Source: Eledone cirrhosa
Lineage: Eukaryota
DNA length: 64,000 nt
Direction of reading: 5' to 3'
NCBI GenBank assembly: GCA_964016885.1
Contig: OZ024745.1
Location: 52,142,001-52,206,000 of the forward strand
The notes beneath the pieces are model-generated. The model had not been told where the DNA came from and did no database searches. It saw nothing but the letters and a program-made list of their open reading frames with translations. The position numbers and the translations under genes were made by a program. This document shows positions 12,551 through 26,860 of this stretch, piece after piece. Within the stretch, counting starts at the first letter, position 1. Every line of letters begins with the position of its first letter.

Positions 12551-15222
12551 CAAACACACAGACACAGAAAACAAGTAATGACAGTAGCACAGAAATCAGA
12601 GAAATAAGAGAAAGTAATAGGATTAAAAGGAAAAGGAGATGGGAGACTAAGGACAAAGAGAATAACCAAGACGAACACACAGACACACAAAATAGGGTAG
12701 ATAACAACATTGAGCCAGTGGAAAGAGACAGGAGTAATTATGAGAGACATAGAAACAACCATGAAGCTGAGGCTGCTGCTGTTGGTGGAAATAGAAACAA
12801 CACAACTAACAATAATAATAGCACTAGTACACATAAAGCAGCAGCCTGGAACTCTCCGTTTTATAACCCCTCCGATAAATCATTCGACCTACGACGAGTC
12901 CATGTCACGACTTTGCCATTTAACAAATGCACGCAGTTGCCGTCGCAGGTCGATGAACAAACAGAAGCACAATTTAGTATAGCTAAATCCGAACTTAGAA
13001 ATATTATAGAACAGTATAGCAAGAAGCATAATAGAATAGACGCCCAGCAACTGGGAGAAGAATCTGCAAATGGCTTGCGTAAGCTCATGCAGCGCTCGCG
13101 TAATGGAGAGATAGCATGCTTTCCAACAGACAAGTCTGGCAGAATATCGGTTGACAGCCTGCCAAACTACATCCAGGCAATGCAACCCCACATCACTAAC
13201 ACAAGAGAGGTAACACCACAGGAGCATGAGGATAGAGAAAAAACCCTCAATGCCCATATGGTGATGTGGACAAATATAATGCAGCCCAACAAAAGGACTG
13301 CCAACAACTTCCAGGCCTGGAACAATGACGTGCCGGCGTTGTATGGGCTTCGAAAAGAGCATAAAACGGGCTGGGACCCTGTCGCGGGACCACCGACACG
13401 GCCAGTCTGTGGGGCTAACATTGCTAGTAACTACAGACTGTCCTACTTCCTTTCCCTGATCATACGCCCCATCATTGAGATGTCCCCAGATGTGTGTGAC
13501 AGCACGGAGGACCTCCTCAGCAGAATCGGCGCGGGTAACCGATCTGGGGACATAACAAACTGCATAATAGGCAGTATGGATGTTGTGTCCCTGTATCCAT
13601 CTATTGACGTGGATTTTGCTGTGGAGAAATGCGTAGAAATGATCAGCGAGAGCAAGGTTGAGTTCCGTGGGATTGATACCAGTGAGCTGGGACTTCTACT
13701 TAAGCTTACCCATAGTAATAGTTACCTAGACACTTATGACCTTAGCAACCTGTGCCCTACAAGACCAGCAAGAGGCAGACCACCTACCATTACCTCAATG
13801 GCCAAGAAAACCCACACAGATAGATGGAACGGGTGGACCAGAGCCATACGGACACCCGAAAACCACGATGAACTGAAGAAAATGATTGCACATGCGGTAG
13901 GGGCCAGCATAAAATTAACCCTTAAGGAACATATGTTCAAATTTAATGGTAAAACATATGCCCAAGAGGAAGGAGCAGCCATTGGTGTTAGCATTGCAGG
14001 CGACATAGCTAACTTATTCATGGTATGGTGGGACAGTAGACTTAAACAAAAACTTAATGAACAATTAGAAGACAGCTTAACCCTGATAATGTACTCCCGC
14101 TACGTAGATGATATAAACATCGTAGTTAAGACACCCCCACTAAAGAACAGTCAGGAACTAGAGAAAAACACAATGGAAAGCATCCAGCAAATAGCAAACT
14201 CCATCCACCAGAGCATTAGAGTTACTATAGACTACCCAAGTAGACACCCCAACCATCGATTACCTGTACTAGACACAGAGCTCTGGTTAGATACAATTAA
14301 CAACCAAAAACAAATCCTCCATTCCCATTATGCCAAACCCATGACTTCCAAACATCTGATCCACCGAAACTCGGCCATTTCGGACCATACCAAAATCAAC
14401 ATACTGATTGCGGATTTGGTACGGGTGATGAGAAATGTGTCCCGCATGTGCAACCCCGAAGAACTAGAGAGACACATACAACACTTCATCCACTGTATGC
14501 AGTTCTCTGGCTACAATCAGAGAGATAGAATCAGAGTGTATAAAGGAGCCAGAACCAAATGGGAAAAAATGGTAAATAATGACATAAATGGGACCTGCCC
14601 CTTGTATAGGAGCAAATTTTGGAATAGAACTAGGAACAGGGCCAATAGAATAAACTCATGGTATGATAGCAATAAATACCAGAGTGTAATGTTCATCAAT
14701 ACAACCCCTAGAGGCGAACTAGCCTACAAATTTAGAAGGGCCCTAAAGAAACATAATCTCAATATTAAGATAGTAGAAAGACCTGGTACCTCCGTAAAAA
14801 CACTTATTAGCAAGACATACCCGTTCCAAAGACCCTCGTGTATAGATAAGAAATGTATAACCTGTAAAATAAGCCCCCATATTAACTGTAAAACTAGAAA
14901 TGTAGTATATAGCATAAGATGTACTGAAGGACAATGTAGAAACAAAAATATAGTGTACATAGGTGAGACAGCTCGTAGTATAGGGGAACGAATAAATGAA
15001 CACTGGCGAGACCTCCAAGATAATAAAGAATCATCTGTGCTCTACCAACATGCTAAGATAGAACACAGGGGTAAATTAGAGAGTATAGAAATAAAAATAG
15101 AATCCACACACAAGAAAGACGCAATGTTTAGGCAAATTACAGAGGCAGTAAGCATAAAAGAATTAAAACCAAAATTAAATAGAAAATATGAGTGGAACAG
15201 CAACATCACAACTTACAATTAA
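12523..15222 (+). CDS. PLE reverse transcriptase plus GIY-YIG endonuclease
   Basis: [52 protein letters not shown], CxxxxCxxC linker, VVYSIRC...[17 protein letters not shown]...I..LKPKLN. Confidence 0.97.
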   Translation: MPLTTTTILTNTQTQKTSNDSSTEIREIRESNRIKRKRRWETKDKENNQDEHTDTQNRVDNNIEPVERDRSNYERHRNNHEAEAAAVGGNRNNTTNNNNSTSTHKAAAWNSPFYNPSDKSFDLRRVHVTTLPFNKCTQLPSQVDEQTEAQFSIAKSELRNIIEQYSKKHNRIDAQQLGEESANGLRKLMQRSRNGEIACFPTDKSGRISVDSLPNYIQAMQPHITNTREVTPQEHEDREKTLNAHMVMWTNIMQPNKRTANNFQAWNNDVPALYGLRKEHKTGWDPVAGPPTRPVCGANIASNYRLSYFLSLIIRPIIEMSPDVCDSTEDLLSRIGAGNRSGDITNCIIGSMDVVSLYPSIDVDFAVEKCVEMISESKVEFRGIDTSELGLLLKLTHSNSYLDTYDLSNLCPTRPARGRPPTITSMAKKTHTDRWNGWTRAIRTPENHDELKKMIAHAVGASIKLTLKEHMFKFNGKTYAQEEGAAIGVSIAGDIANLFMVWWDSRLKQKLNEQLEDSLTLIMYSRYVDDINIVVKTPPLKNSQELEKNTMESIQQIANSIHQSIRVTIDYPSRHPNHRLPVLDTELWLDTINNQKQILHSHYAKPMTSKHLIHRNSAISDHTKINILIADLVRVMRNVSRMCNPEELERHIQHFIHCMQFSGYNQRDRIRVYKGARTKWEKMVNNDINGTCPLYRSKFWNRTRNRANRINSWYDSNKYQSVMFINTTPRGELAYKFRRALKKHNLNIKIVERPGTSVKTLISKTYPFQRPSCIDKKCITCKISPHINCKTRNVVYSIRCTEGQCRNKNIVYIGETARSIGERINEHWRDLQDNKESSVLYQHAKIEHRGKLESIEIKIESTHKKDAMFRQITEAVSIKELKPKLNRKYEWNSNITTYN

Positions 15223-15455
15223 GGACAAAATGAAAACACACACACACATAGAACAAACAACCAACGAACAATAAATAAATAAATAAATAAATAAACAAAT
15301 AAAAAAAATAGAAATAGAAAAATAGAAAAATGAACACAAACACACACAGACACCCGGATGTGGCGCATGCGCAAACTGAGCACGCAACCCACACACAAAC
15401 AAAATGGCGTAGGATAGAAGAAAGGAAAGGCACAGAAACGAAGAAAGAAATCCCC

Positions 15456-15500
15456 AGTCACTGAAGAGGTCACAGAGTGTGTGACGAAAGAACTATGACT
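15456..15500 (+). ncRNA. Minimal type-I hammerhead ribozyme in pLTR
   Basis: AGTCA-CTGAAGA-G-GTCACA gagtg TGTGAC-GAAA-GAAC-TA-TGACT: stem I AGTCA/TGACT, 6-bp stem II, vestigial stem III, predicted CUA cleavage site. Confidence 0.88.
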
Positions 15501-15653
15501 ATATATATATATAAACAACTATCTGGTTGTGGAACCAACCAACCAACGAGAAATTTATAAATTTGTAAATTTATAAATATATAATAAATTAAATTGAAGT
15601 GAAAGCAACTGGTGCGTGTGTTTCTTATTGGCAACATGACCCTCCCAAAGTAT

Positions 15654-15767
<114 letters not shown>

Positions 15768-15875
15768 CTACATACTATATATGTTTGCGTGATTGCATTG
15801 ATAGTGGTGAATAAACAGTTCAATTTTCAACGTTCAGTATTCAGCAGCCTATCATATGACCGAAGCCTCTAGAGT

Positions 15876-16331
15876 TTGAACAATCCAAACTTCTAGTGAA
15901 TATTTTGGTCAACTCTGCTATTCCCCAATTCCAATTGTGTTTATATCCTGGTGCCGGGGCAGAAATACATTCACTATCAATTATCCGATCGTAATATTTA
16001 AAGTGCCTTCTATGAAATACTGCGTAAATTCATACAGTCATAAAATTAATGAGGTTATTCTCATATTTATTGATATTTGTTGTAATTCATATCAGAAGCA
16101 ACGTTTTTTTTCTTTTGTATCAACCCGATTTTCGAAAAACTCACCCAATTACAGACAAACATACTTGCCCGCACATACACATATGCACGCGCCCACACAT
16201 ACAAACCCACATGCATATACACACGCTCACACACAAACTCACACGCATTATATGACAGAATAGAAACTTAATGGGAACTAGGTAATAGCAGAGTTGACGA
16301 GAATATTCACTAGATGCTTCTTTTGTTCAAA
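15876..16331. mobile_element. Old MITE-like element with ~60-bp imperfect terminal inverted repeats
   Basis: ttgaacaa..ctagtgaatattttggtcaactctgctatt (15876-15922) versus aatagcagagttgacgagaatattcactag..ttgttcaa (16284-16330). Confidence 0.6.
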
Positions 16332-16565
16332 GTCAGTTCCACATCATAGATTTTCACCTCTCGGTCTTTAAAACCCTGTTATAAAATTCTCAGCTTCTGC
16401 AACTAATTACCCTAGCGTTCTTGGCATAACGGGAAAATGATATTCCACTTCCACTGCAGTAACACTCTCCTCATCAATAAATGAGATGCCTAGATAAAAA
16501 AAAATCACATACCTCAGACTTATTCAATTAAACATCCAGTAGTGTTATTGTAGGCACTTTGACAA

Positions 16566-16650
<85 letters not shown>

Positions 16651-16734
16651 GGGCAATGTAAGATACATTCCCAGAGTATACACATAGTTGTTCGCTTCAA
16701 TACAAAACACGCAAAACGGCTGCCTATAATACTT

Positions 16735-16845
16735 CCCGGACTCGAGTTTCGGCCGCACTTAATGCAGCAGTAAGGTGCACTGAACCATCCGTCTGCATAT
16801 ATTTTGCTACAATGCACAATCGGCTTATGCGGCTTCATCAGCGAG
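16735..16845 (-). ncRNA. Minimal hammerhead ribozyme with long stem II
   Basis: Minus strand reads CTCG-CTGATGA-A-GCCGCAT-(~70 nt)-GTGCGGC-C-GAAAC-TCGA-GTC-CGGG. It points toward the (TA)n at 16566-16647. Confidence 0.8.
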
Positions 16846-17399
16846 TATCGCCTAATCAATAACCAACCGATCGACAGAATCCAAATCCCAGCTCTGCCGT
16901 CTCATGATTGTTTGTGACAACCGACATGGTAAAGCGACTAGCAACTGGAACCCGATACAGCTCTGTCCCTCGACTAGTCACCGATTTACAAATTTTACGT
17001 GGTGGCGGGAGAATAGAAAACCAATATTTTCATTCCCGTCAAAAGCACTAGGCCAACGCGTCTCACACACAAATTATTAAGAGGTGAAAGGATGGTTGTT
17101 AGAAAAAGCAGTCCACATCGTTGTATAAAATAATGATAGCATTCGGCTCATGTCTTCAAGTCCCATGGCTAGATGAAAGTTATAGTAACTATGGTAGTGC
17201 TAAGAACCTTTAACGGATTTTAAATGCGATTATCCATTATAGAGCGATATAGTAGCGGGCTGAAATGTGTCAGCCGCGTACGTAAAAACAGACTATTTCA
17301 CAACTTAAAAGAGTGAGAGATAAAAATGAATAGCAGGAAAATAGAGCGCATATCAAAACAAAAACAAAATAGAAAGTGAAAAATTGTATATATATATAT

Positions 17400-17790
17400 T
17401 TCATAAACTACCGGATACATTCCCAGACTTTCACCCGGATCTGTACAAAGGTGATGGTCTAGCGCTATCGAATCATGACTAACACACGTCCAGGAGAGAC
17501 TTTATATAACTTTTAGCTAGTTATGACTAAACATTACAGTAATCACCGACCTGATAAGCATCAGCTACATGGATATTTGTACTCATACATACAAACCCTT
17601 CCATAAATACAATGCAAAACTAATATACATACAGATACATTCCAGTCACCCACTCACAATGATTAAAAAACACATAATTTGAAGACGCTTGGATAACATC
17701 TAGACAGGAATAAACCATAATTTTGCAACCCGAACTCCATCTCCCATTATAAAACTTTCATTTCTATAAATTCTTTTTAACACGGCAAGA
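17400..17790 (+). pseudogene. Degenerate YRDD-type PLE RT/thumb fragment
   Basis: Translates in pieces to FPDFHPDLYKGDGLAL and YKPFHKYNAKLIYIQIHSSHPLTMIK, similar to IKPFHKLNENLKYVNTSSNHPLSIIK of the 8316-9605 ORF. Confidence 0.65.
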
Positions 17791-18616
17791 AATAACATGA
17801 GCCTCTCTCTCTCTGAAGCTCTAACCTCTATAATATTTCTGTAGCAACCATGATACATTTTAGGTAATTACACCACTATATCTTTACAGCCCACATAATA
17901 GATTACCCAAAACTAAGTTCGAACAAGTTCCTTCTATTTTGCACAAGTATATGTAAGAGTTATGCCCCCTTCCTTAACTGACTATCGAGCCCTACCCCAC
18001 CATGACAATTCTTGCGTAGAACTTTAATACTAACATCTATCGCAACTATGCCCAAATAGCAACAATACCCAGTGATATCGGGAATAAAGCAACTTGTGGT
18101 TGGTCAGTTATTTTAACAACTGTAGCTAGCAGAATGTCAGGCGTAAAAATGTGAAAAGCTATCGAAGAATTATATCACATTGCTAAGCCACAACATGAGG
18201 TAGAACTGGGTGGGTGGAGTGTTGATATAGAAAATAGTAAGTTCGTCTATATAGGCTAGAATTTAAGATACGGATATAATATGATGGCGTAGAAATACAT
18301 GAAGAAAAGAGAGAACGAAAAAACTATAAATTATAGAATAAAATAATATATGAAAGAGGTGGGGATAGTAAGAGTGTCAGCGCATACGCTCACATAGAAA
18401 ATAGAAGATAAACAGATAAACATCTAAGTGTTAAGGTGATTGTAGAATAAACAGGTTTGGTTAAAATTGCAGTTTACAGGAATTTACCAGACCATGGAAA
18501 CAAATTGTGCAAAACTCATACCCAAACACTTGTCTGTATCGCAAAAAGTGAACCGGTTGGACATTTTTTAGAAATACTCGAAATAGAGCCAAATTGCTTT
18601 GTTAAAGTAATAACTG

Positions 18617-18795
18617 TTTCTATTTTAGGCACAAGGTCAGCAATTACCCAGTGGATTACTGGTACTTTATTTTATCGACCCCGTAAGGATGAAAGGCAAA
18701 GTCAACCTCTGCGGGATTTGAACTCAGATCGTAAAGGGACGTAACTATGCTGGAAAGCATGGCGTCCGACCCTCTACCGATACTGCCAATCCACC
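18617..18795 (-). mobile_element. tRNA-derived SINE
   Basis: Same family as 2041-2218; B-box GAGTTCAAATCC. Confidence 0.8.
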
Positions 18796-19129
18796 AATAA
18801 CAAGAGATGAATCATAGGTATTTGAGTACAATCTAGAGACATACAATCCAAAGTGAGGAGTGGCACACGAATAATCCTCCTCGTCCGAACAAAGCATGAC
18901 TGAGCAGATACAGGGTGGCAACGACGGTTATCATCTCTCTCGATAGCCCTGTTATTGTTCACAAAGAATATTTACCTCAATGACAAACAGTTAATCACAC
19001 CTCCTATAAAGATTTATTGGAACTGTTTCGAACTATATATATATATTTATTGGAACTATATATATATTATTGGAACTATATATATATATTTATTGGAACT
19101 GTTTCGAACTATATATATATATATATGTG

Positions 19130-20046
<917 letters not shown>

Positions 20047-20093
20047 AATGAATAATAACAGGTAGACATCATAAAAAGGTAATTTATTCCGTG

Positions 20094-20205
20094 TGCTTAC
20101 AAGTGTTTCCACGGCGGTACTGCAGCCTAGTTACGCTTCGTGCAAATTCACAAGTACTTGCAGAACACGAATATCCAATGCTGTGACCACTGTTTCCTCA
20201 GAGCA
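20094..20205 (-). ncRNA. Hammerhead ribozyme with long stem II
   Basis: Minus strand reads TGCT-CTGAGGA-[aacagtggtcacagc...gctgcagtaccgccgtg]-GAAAC-ACTT-GTA-AGCA, lying 3' of the PLE ORF. Confidence 0.7.
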
Positions 20206-20697
20206 GAATGGTAAATGTACAATGTAAATACCCTTAAGTGGGGTTGTTGGGGAAGATAGAGTAGAAAAGGAAGAGAGAAAGGTAGGGAAGAGGGAGAGAG
20301 AAAGAAAGATATGCAGGGGTTGGAGAAGTAGGAGTGAGTGGCTTGTAGATATCTTAATCAAAATGTTATGGTAGGGGTTTTATTATACTGGTTACTTTTG
20401 GAGAGATGCGTTGATAGTTAAGGTCGGAATTATTTATTGCCCCAGAGGGCAGGTTCATAGATGTTGAGAGGGAGGTAGGTCAAAGGTGAGAGAGAGAGTG
20501 TGTAATGGATGTAGAGAGAGATAGGTAGAGAGGGGACAGACAAAGTATGTGTGGTGAGTGAACTTTGGGTTTGTAGTAGTAATCTAGGAATTGCACTGAG
20601 TTACCATGTATAGTGATAAGCAGTGTATTGTCTTGTAGTGTGGGGGGAAGAGAAGGTTGTTAGCTAGAAAGTGGTGTTATAGTTACGGGTTCGAATG

Positions 20698-22395
20698 TTA
20701 AGTTATTTTATACTGAGAGAATTTAGCTTTTAGTTTGTGGTTGCAGTATAATGATCGTTCAATTCTATCGTTAAGTAGTTTGTTTTTGGATTTTAACATG
20801 TAAAATAGCTCGAGGTTACATAACCTGCAGTACTTCAATCCGCTCCGATATGCACTTGCGCTGGAAAGTATATCCCATTTTAAGGTGAACTGTTGGTTGT
20901 GTTCACGGAGTTGCCAAGTCTTGTTGGCGAGCGTGGTCACAAAACGGTGATTCGGATGTTTGATTGAGAATCGATGACGGTACCAGCGAGATTTAAACGA
21001 TGTGGTGGTAGATCCGATATAATACCATTTCTGGTCGTTCGATTCAACCGTGCATTGGTAAAAAATGTTGGACTTTAGGCATTCATTCTTCAATGGACAT
21101 CTTTCAGGTAGATGGCAGTTACATTCTTTGTTGTGGGTAGCGGGTATACCATGGATAGGTTGTGATAGCGGTACAGGTGGATTGTGTAATACCCGTCTCC
21201 CATTTAGTGGTTGGGAGGCAGATATTGCGTTCTGCCCATCTGTTACTAAAATGTTTTGTTTTGTAGAGTTGTTTAATTGCCTTAAGTTAAGTTTTTTTAT
21301 TTATGCTTCAAGGTTTGGTGCCGTGGAGTATGATAGTCTAATAGTTTTAGAGTTCAGAATTTTGCTGTATTTATGGGAACTAGGGAAGTGTTTGTTGATT
21401 AATTTAAAGAATGAAAGAGATAGTTTTGTACTTATCGAGGCATTAAAAATAGGATTGTACCAGATATACTTTCTACAACGTGATTTATTTGGTGGTGATC
21501 TTCTATTATTAGTATGTCTGGTAGTACTGTGTGTGTGTGCTTGTGTTTTAGTCCCCCGGTTACGTATTCTTTGATTTCGTGTAGAGCTATGTGTGTTATG
21601 GAAATTCCTATCGATGTATTCTATTGTATCCCGGTGGTCAGTATTCCTTAATGCATTATTGTAGTATTCAGCGTGTTCACTAAAAATATCAGAGTTAGAC
21701 GATAGGCGAGAGATTCTAAGAGAAATACTCCGGGGAACTGATTTGATCATGGAGAGTGGGTGGTTAGAGTTAAAGTTAATATACGTAAGGTTCTCATTTA
21801 CCTTGTGGAAGGATTGTATCTGTCCGGTATTTAAATTAAGAGTTACGTCCAGAAAGTTTACTACTTTAAGATTGTATTCGTATGTTATTTTCAGACCCAG
21901 TTCACTAAAAGATTTTCTAATATTTTTCGGTAGCCTTTCAAGATTTTGGTTATTCAAGTTATTAACTAATAAGAGCCTGTCGTCTCTGTATATCCCCCCC
22001 CTGTAGATTACTAAATTTACTATGTAATGTGTGGGCTATGTAAATTCCCACGAGATCCGTGACCTCCGCCGAGTCGTTGGAACCCATGGTAATATCGAAA
22101 TTTGTGGGTCTGTCCTTACGTTCCCAGTAGCAGTTATCGAACTTAATAATGGTTTTTCTAGCCTCGAGAATAATATTAATTTCGTCCTCCGTTAGGTCGG
22201 AATTGGCCTTAGCAAACGATAGGGCCTTACGTAAAGTGCTTGGTGAGATGGAAGAGTAGTATTCGTCTATGTCAAATTGTATAAACTTAGATTTATTCTT
22301 ATTCTTAACGTTATTAAACCAGCGAATTGCTTCGCTAGTGTTGCCCCATAATTTAATTTCAATTTTCTTTTTCACTTGAGTTATTACTCTGTCAA
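20698..22395 (-). pseudogene. PLE RT plus GIY-YIG, frameshifted
   Basis: QFDIDEYY (motif A), ITMGSNDSAE (motif B), GGIYRDD shifted at the C run near 21995, VNFLDVT, NIFYQC...YYIGST, CRLCNLE. Clearly homologous to 8316-9605. Confidence 0.9.
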
Positions 22396-23880
22396 GTTAT
22401 TATACCTTTTTATGATGTCTACCTGTTATTATTCATTCTTTATATACACTCCGGAATACTGAAGGATCAGGAACTAAGTTTCTTGAACAATTCTTCCATA
22501 ACTCGTAGAGTAACCTCTTACCGTACGTCAACCATATTCAGTGTAGTAATTAACCATTACTACATCTTGGATAATCCTATACCTAATATATATATATATA
22601 TATATATATATAGACTGAGAAACAGGAGTGTCCATCATCAGTAGCCTACTGATTGTCATTGGTATTTCTTCGCATTAAAGACTTGATACCTAAAATCAGT
22701 GCGAGCGCTAACTAAATTAAGTTATCGGGATATATATATATATATGGATTGGGTTACTTGTGTGTATGTACGTGTTTAAAGGTACTTTGCATTGTTGAAA
22801 GCAGTTCGACTCACGATTGTGCGACCCAGATCCGATTCCAAGCATCGTATGTTCTTTGGACAATACACATACTCTTTATTTCAGGTAGCTCCAGTTCAAT
22901 TGCATTTCAAATGAAGAGCCTCATCACTCAATGTGTCTCGCTGACAAATGGACAAAAGTCAATAAATGTAAGTAGTAGCACTGAGTGCTCGACTGGTGTG
23001 ATATACAGTTTTATCAATTACAGAATTTAATTCAAACAACTATCTCTTTGGTGTATTAAGTGACCCCGAAATATGACGGATTTTGATTAACAGAACATTA
23101 ATTCCTTCTTCTGTACATTCCCTAGTTCTTTTGATAACCAAAATGATGCTCCCATTCGTTTGTAATTACGGTTATTAATTAAACATTCTAAACCTTGCTT
23201 AAACCATATTACAAACATTTGTAATAAATGTTTTATCACAGAAGCTCTCTTTCATGTAGCGAATATCGGTGAAACCTGAAGTGAAACATAAATAATGAAT
23301 ATTACATTTACATACGCATATATGTATATGTGTATGAATATTTCTATACATATATATATACATATATGTATGTGTGTGTGTGTGTGTGTACGTATGTGTG
23401 TGTCTGTGTGCTTATGAATGCATGTATGTGTGTCTGCATGTTTGTGTGTATATATATTAAGTTGCGTGCGAAAGTTTCACTTTAAATCAAAATCAAAATA
23501 AGTATGTTTATATTCGTATTCAGGTTTCCAAGATGATAAGCTGTAATATATAAATCCTTGATAAATATATATATTCAAAATTCAATCGTTGAATAAAGCA
23601 TATTAATATGATTCACGACATCTAAACATTTATTCATTTCGTTTCTTTTTTTTTTTTCATTTCTATAAGGAACTAAAAGATTCGAAAATTTTATTTTCAA
23701 TGCTGTCCAAAAAGTCTGCATTAAAACATATATCTTAGAATTATTTTTCCGCTGATTTATTAAAGATTCTGTTTGAGAAAATCAACAAAATCACGAACGT
23801 ACAGAAATAAACGCACATACACACTTACACCACACACACACCCACACATATATGCAGATAGACACATACACACACTCAAA

Positions 23881-23979
<99 letters not shown>

Positions 23980-25024
23980 CTTATGTGGAAACATGTCAGT
24001 GTTCCTGTGTATGTACATTTATATATATATATATATGTGTATATATACACAGGAAAACTGACATGTCTCCACATAAGTATACTCATACCCGCAACACGAA
24101 AGCTAGTAAACACACATCGGCTCCCAACCTAGACACTCATATGTATTTGCATAATTCATTTCATAAATACTTCTACTGTCGTAAATAATTTAGGTGAAAT
24201 TTTATATGTAAGTTTTAAAAATTGTTATAGATTCCTGAATTGGCAACGCTCTATTTATTTAACTTAATTCCAACAACTACTTATATAGTATTTTCCTCAC
24301 ACTACGATAGATATTTGCTTCATGAATAGGAAGTATTTGGTATTTAGCTAAATACGATCTATTAATGTTGAAGATATTCGCACGCGAAACATGCATCATA
24401 AGTAGCAAATTCTGCCGAATTATGTGAATGTACATATATGTATAGCCTCACTATTTGAAAGGTATCTGATGTGAATTTAGTTATGCAGTTAGTGTCTTCT
24501 ATATCGGTGAATGCTATCATGTGTTTTTTTAAATGCAAGGATTTATCTTCTTGCACCAAGTAAATGAAAATGTATTTGTGAACTATTAACAACATCCATC
24601 ATATACAAAAATATAGGCTAGAAGATTAAAATATTATAAATATATTGTGTTTGGTTCTATTTTCCATTTGGACAACAGATGCCCAAATAAATTTAAGTGC
24701 TAATTATTTTAGTGGGTAGATTGTGTAATAAACATTACTTAAATTACATTAGCTGCAATTGTTCTGATACCGAGTGGAAACCCAAAGTAAATTATAAACT
24801 ATTGGCATGTTTGGGGCGGTGAGCATCAATTCGCCTAGTCTAAAGCACGTTCTGTCAAATGCATTGTAGTATTTCTTCAAGGTCTCTCAGTATAAGTCCC
24901 ACCGAAAATAAATTTTGGTTTAGATTTTCGACATTGATAAACTAAGCACCAGTTCTGATTTTCTCCTCTCAAATGTGCGTCCGTGTAGTTAATTGATTTA
25001 TGTTGTTGATTTCGTCATCATTGC

Positions 25025-25070
25025 TCTTCTTCTTCTTCTTCTTCTTCTTCTTCTTCTTCTTCTTCTTCTT

Positions 25071-25139
<69 letters not shown>
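25025..25139. repeat. Compound (CTT)n(CTA)n microsatellite
   Basis: Read directly. Confidence 0.95.
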
Positions 25140-26075
25140 TCCCTTGTTTTTATACTTCTTCCTCTCATGCGAAGTAGTTAGTGTATCAAACTAATGAAAC
25201 TAATGACTTGTATTATTTAGTTAGTTGACTTTGCTTCTGCTTTTGGGTTCAATAGAATAAGAACAGCAACGTCCCGAGATTGAATCAATTGCCTGTACTA
25301 CTTGCGTTACAAAACAGTGGCCTTGTGCCAAATTTAGATATTATAGCTAATTTATTTCTTTTGATCATTATCACCATTGTTATGTGCGTTCAGGAATCTT
25401 TGTAAAATATATTTATTTTAATATATATGGCTATTGGATATATTTCATGCTTTTTTTTTCCTCGTAGTAATCGACATAATTCTCATTTGGGAGTGTCGCT
25501 TCTCAAGAAATGAACAATCATTGCTTTAATTATTGCTTAAATTTATGTCGTGCCTGTTCGTTTGACACATTTGGATTCTTTCCAATAGCCAGGAAATGAA
25601 TTTACCGTAAGATGCTCTTTTCGTCAACGAATCTAAATTTACAACTAGTAGATGCGGCGAGGCAAATTAGTCATTGTCGATCAATAAAACAAGATATTAT
25701 GGCCACAAGAGTTTATAGAATAACCTTCAGTTCATTATCAGCAGACATTTCTACACATGTGATAAGCGCCTTGCTGCGGATAGTAAATTTTCGCGTTTAC
25801 ATTCGATGAACACCTTTCTTGAATCTTGAAAGAAATGCTCCTGAGGTAAAGCATTCGCTATAAACAGAATATTATTTATTTTTAATACTTTATTTACTTC
25901 AGATATTGGTTTGCAGCCAGGGTGGGGACCTGCACACAGTGGCTCTGATATTTGCCGAGACTCATACATATTTTATCTAGATTGTGTTTAAAATTACGAT
26001 GTTTCCAGAAAGCGACACAATTTTCATTTACTGTGAAACTGTGCTTTACAATTCTTTCGTAATTTGATAAATAAA

Positions 26076-26190
26076 AGAAGAAGAAGAAGAAGAAGAAGAA
26101 GAAGAAGAAGAAGAAGAAGAAGAAGAAGAAGAAGAAGAAGAAGAAGAAGAAGAAGAAGAAGAAGAAGAAGAAGAAGAAGAAGAAGAAGAA
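26076..26190. repeat. (GAA)n microsatellite
   Basis: Read directly. Confidence 0.95.
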
Positions 26191-26678
26191 AAAGTTGGAA
26201 TTTTAATTGTAAAATATTCCTCGTTGAATATTGTCCAGGGTGTTGGTGAATAATGCGGCTATTTTGATAGGGTTTGTTTAAGTATAATCTTCTAATTCAT
26301 CTCACTTGTGATAATGTGCATGTGATAATGTGTATGTGACAATGGGCATGTGATGTGGATGTGATAATGTGTGTTTTGGGCGTCCCTTTTATAATTTGAA
26401 TTATGTATTTATTAACTCTTATATGGCGTATGGAGCGGAACATTTTCACAGCACTATACAAGATATTGTATGGAGCAAAACGTATGGAATATTCCAATGT
26501 GTCGAATCCCACATCAGTCACGTTGGATTTAACGTTCTTTGCATATATCTGAATGTAGTATACATTGGCTATAAAAAACATCTAGAAAGCTTACGGTCAC
26601 ATCCACCCTTCTAACAATATAATTCATTGAAAATCCAAGCAGTATACACAAACGAAAATGAATAGTGAAATAATAATT

Positions 26679-26860
26679 GTTTCTACTTTTGGCACAAGGC
26701 CAGCAATTATTCCAGTGCATTACTGGTACTTTATTTTATCGACCCCGTAAGGATGAAAGGCAAAGTTAACCTCGGCGGGATTTGGACTCAGATCATAAAG
26801 GGAGGTAACACTATGCTTCAAAGCATAGCGTCCGACCCTTACCGATACTGCCAATCCACC
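26679..26860 (-). mobile_element. tRNA-derived SINE
   Basis: Same family as 2041-2218. Confidence 0.8.

Noticed and set aside
12013-12710. Leu/Val/Cys-rich membrane-like ORFs here and at 55735-56484
   Set aside because: Antisense readings of the AAC/AAT-rich Asn linkers of the PLE ORFs.
11420-15222. Selenocysteine read-through or N-terminal endonuclease as in Naiad-type PLEs
   Set aside because: The GIY-YIG domain is C-terminal and the long ORFs have no in-frame TGA needing recoding.
24362-25969. Possible host exons in short unique ORFs (24362-24595, 25612-25969)
   Set aside because: No recognisable domain or consistent splice and frame pattern could be established by eye.
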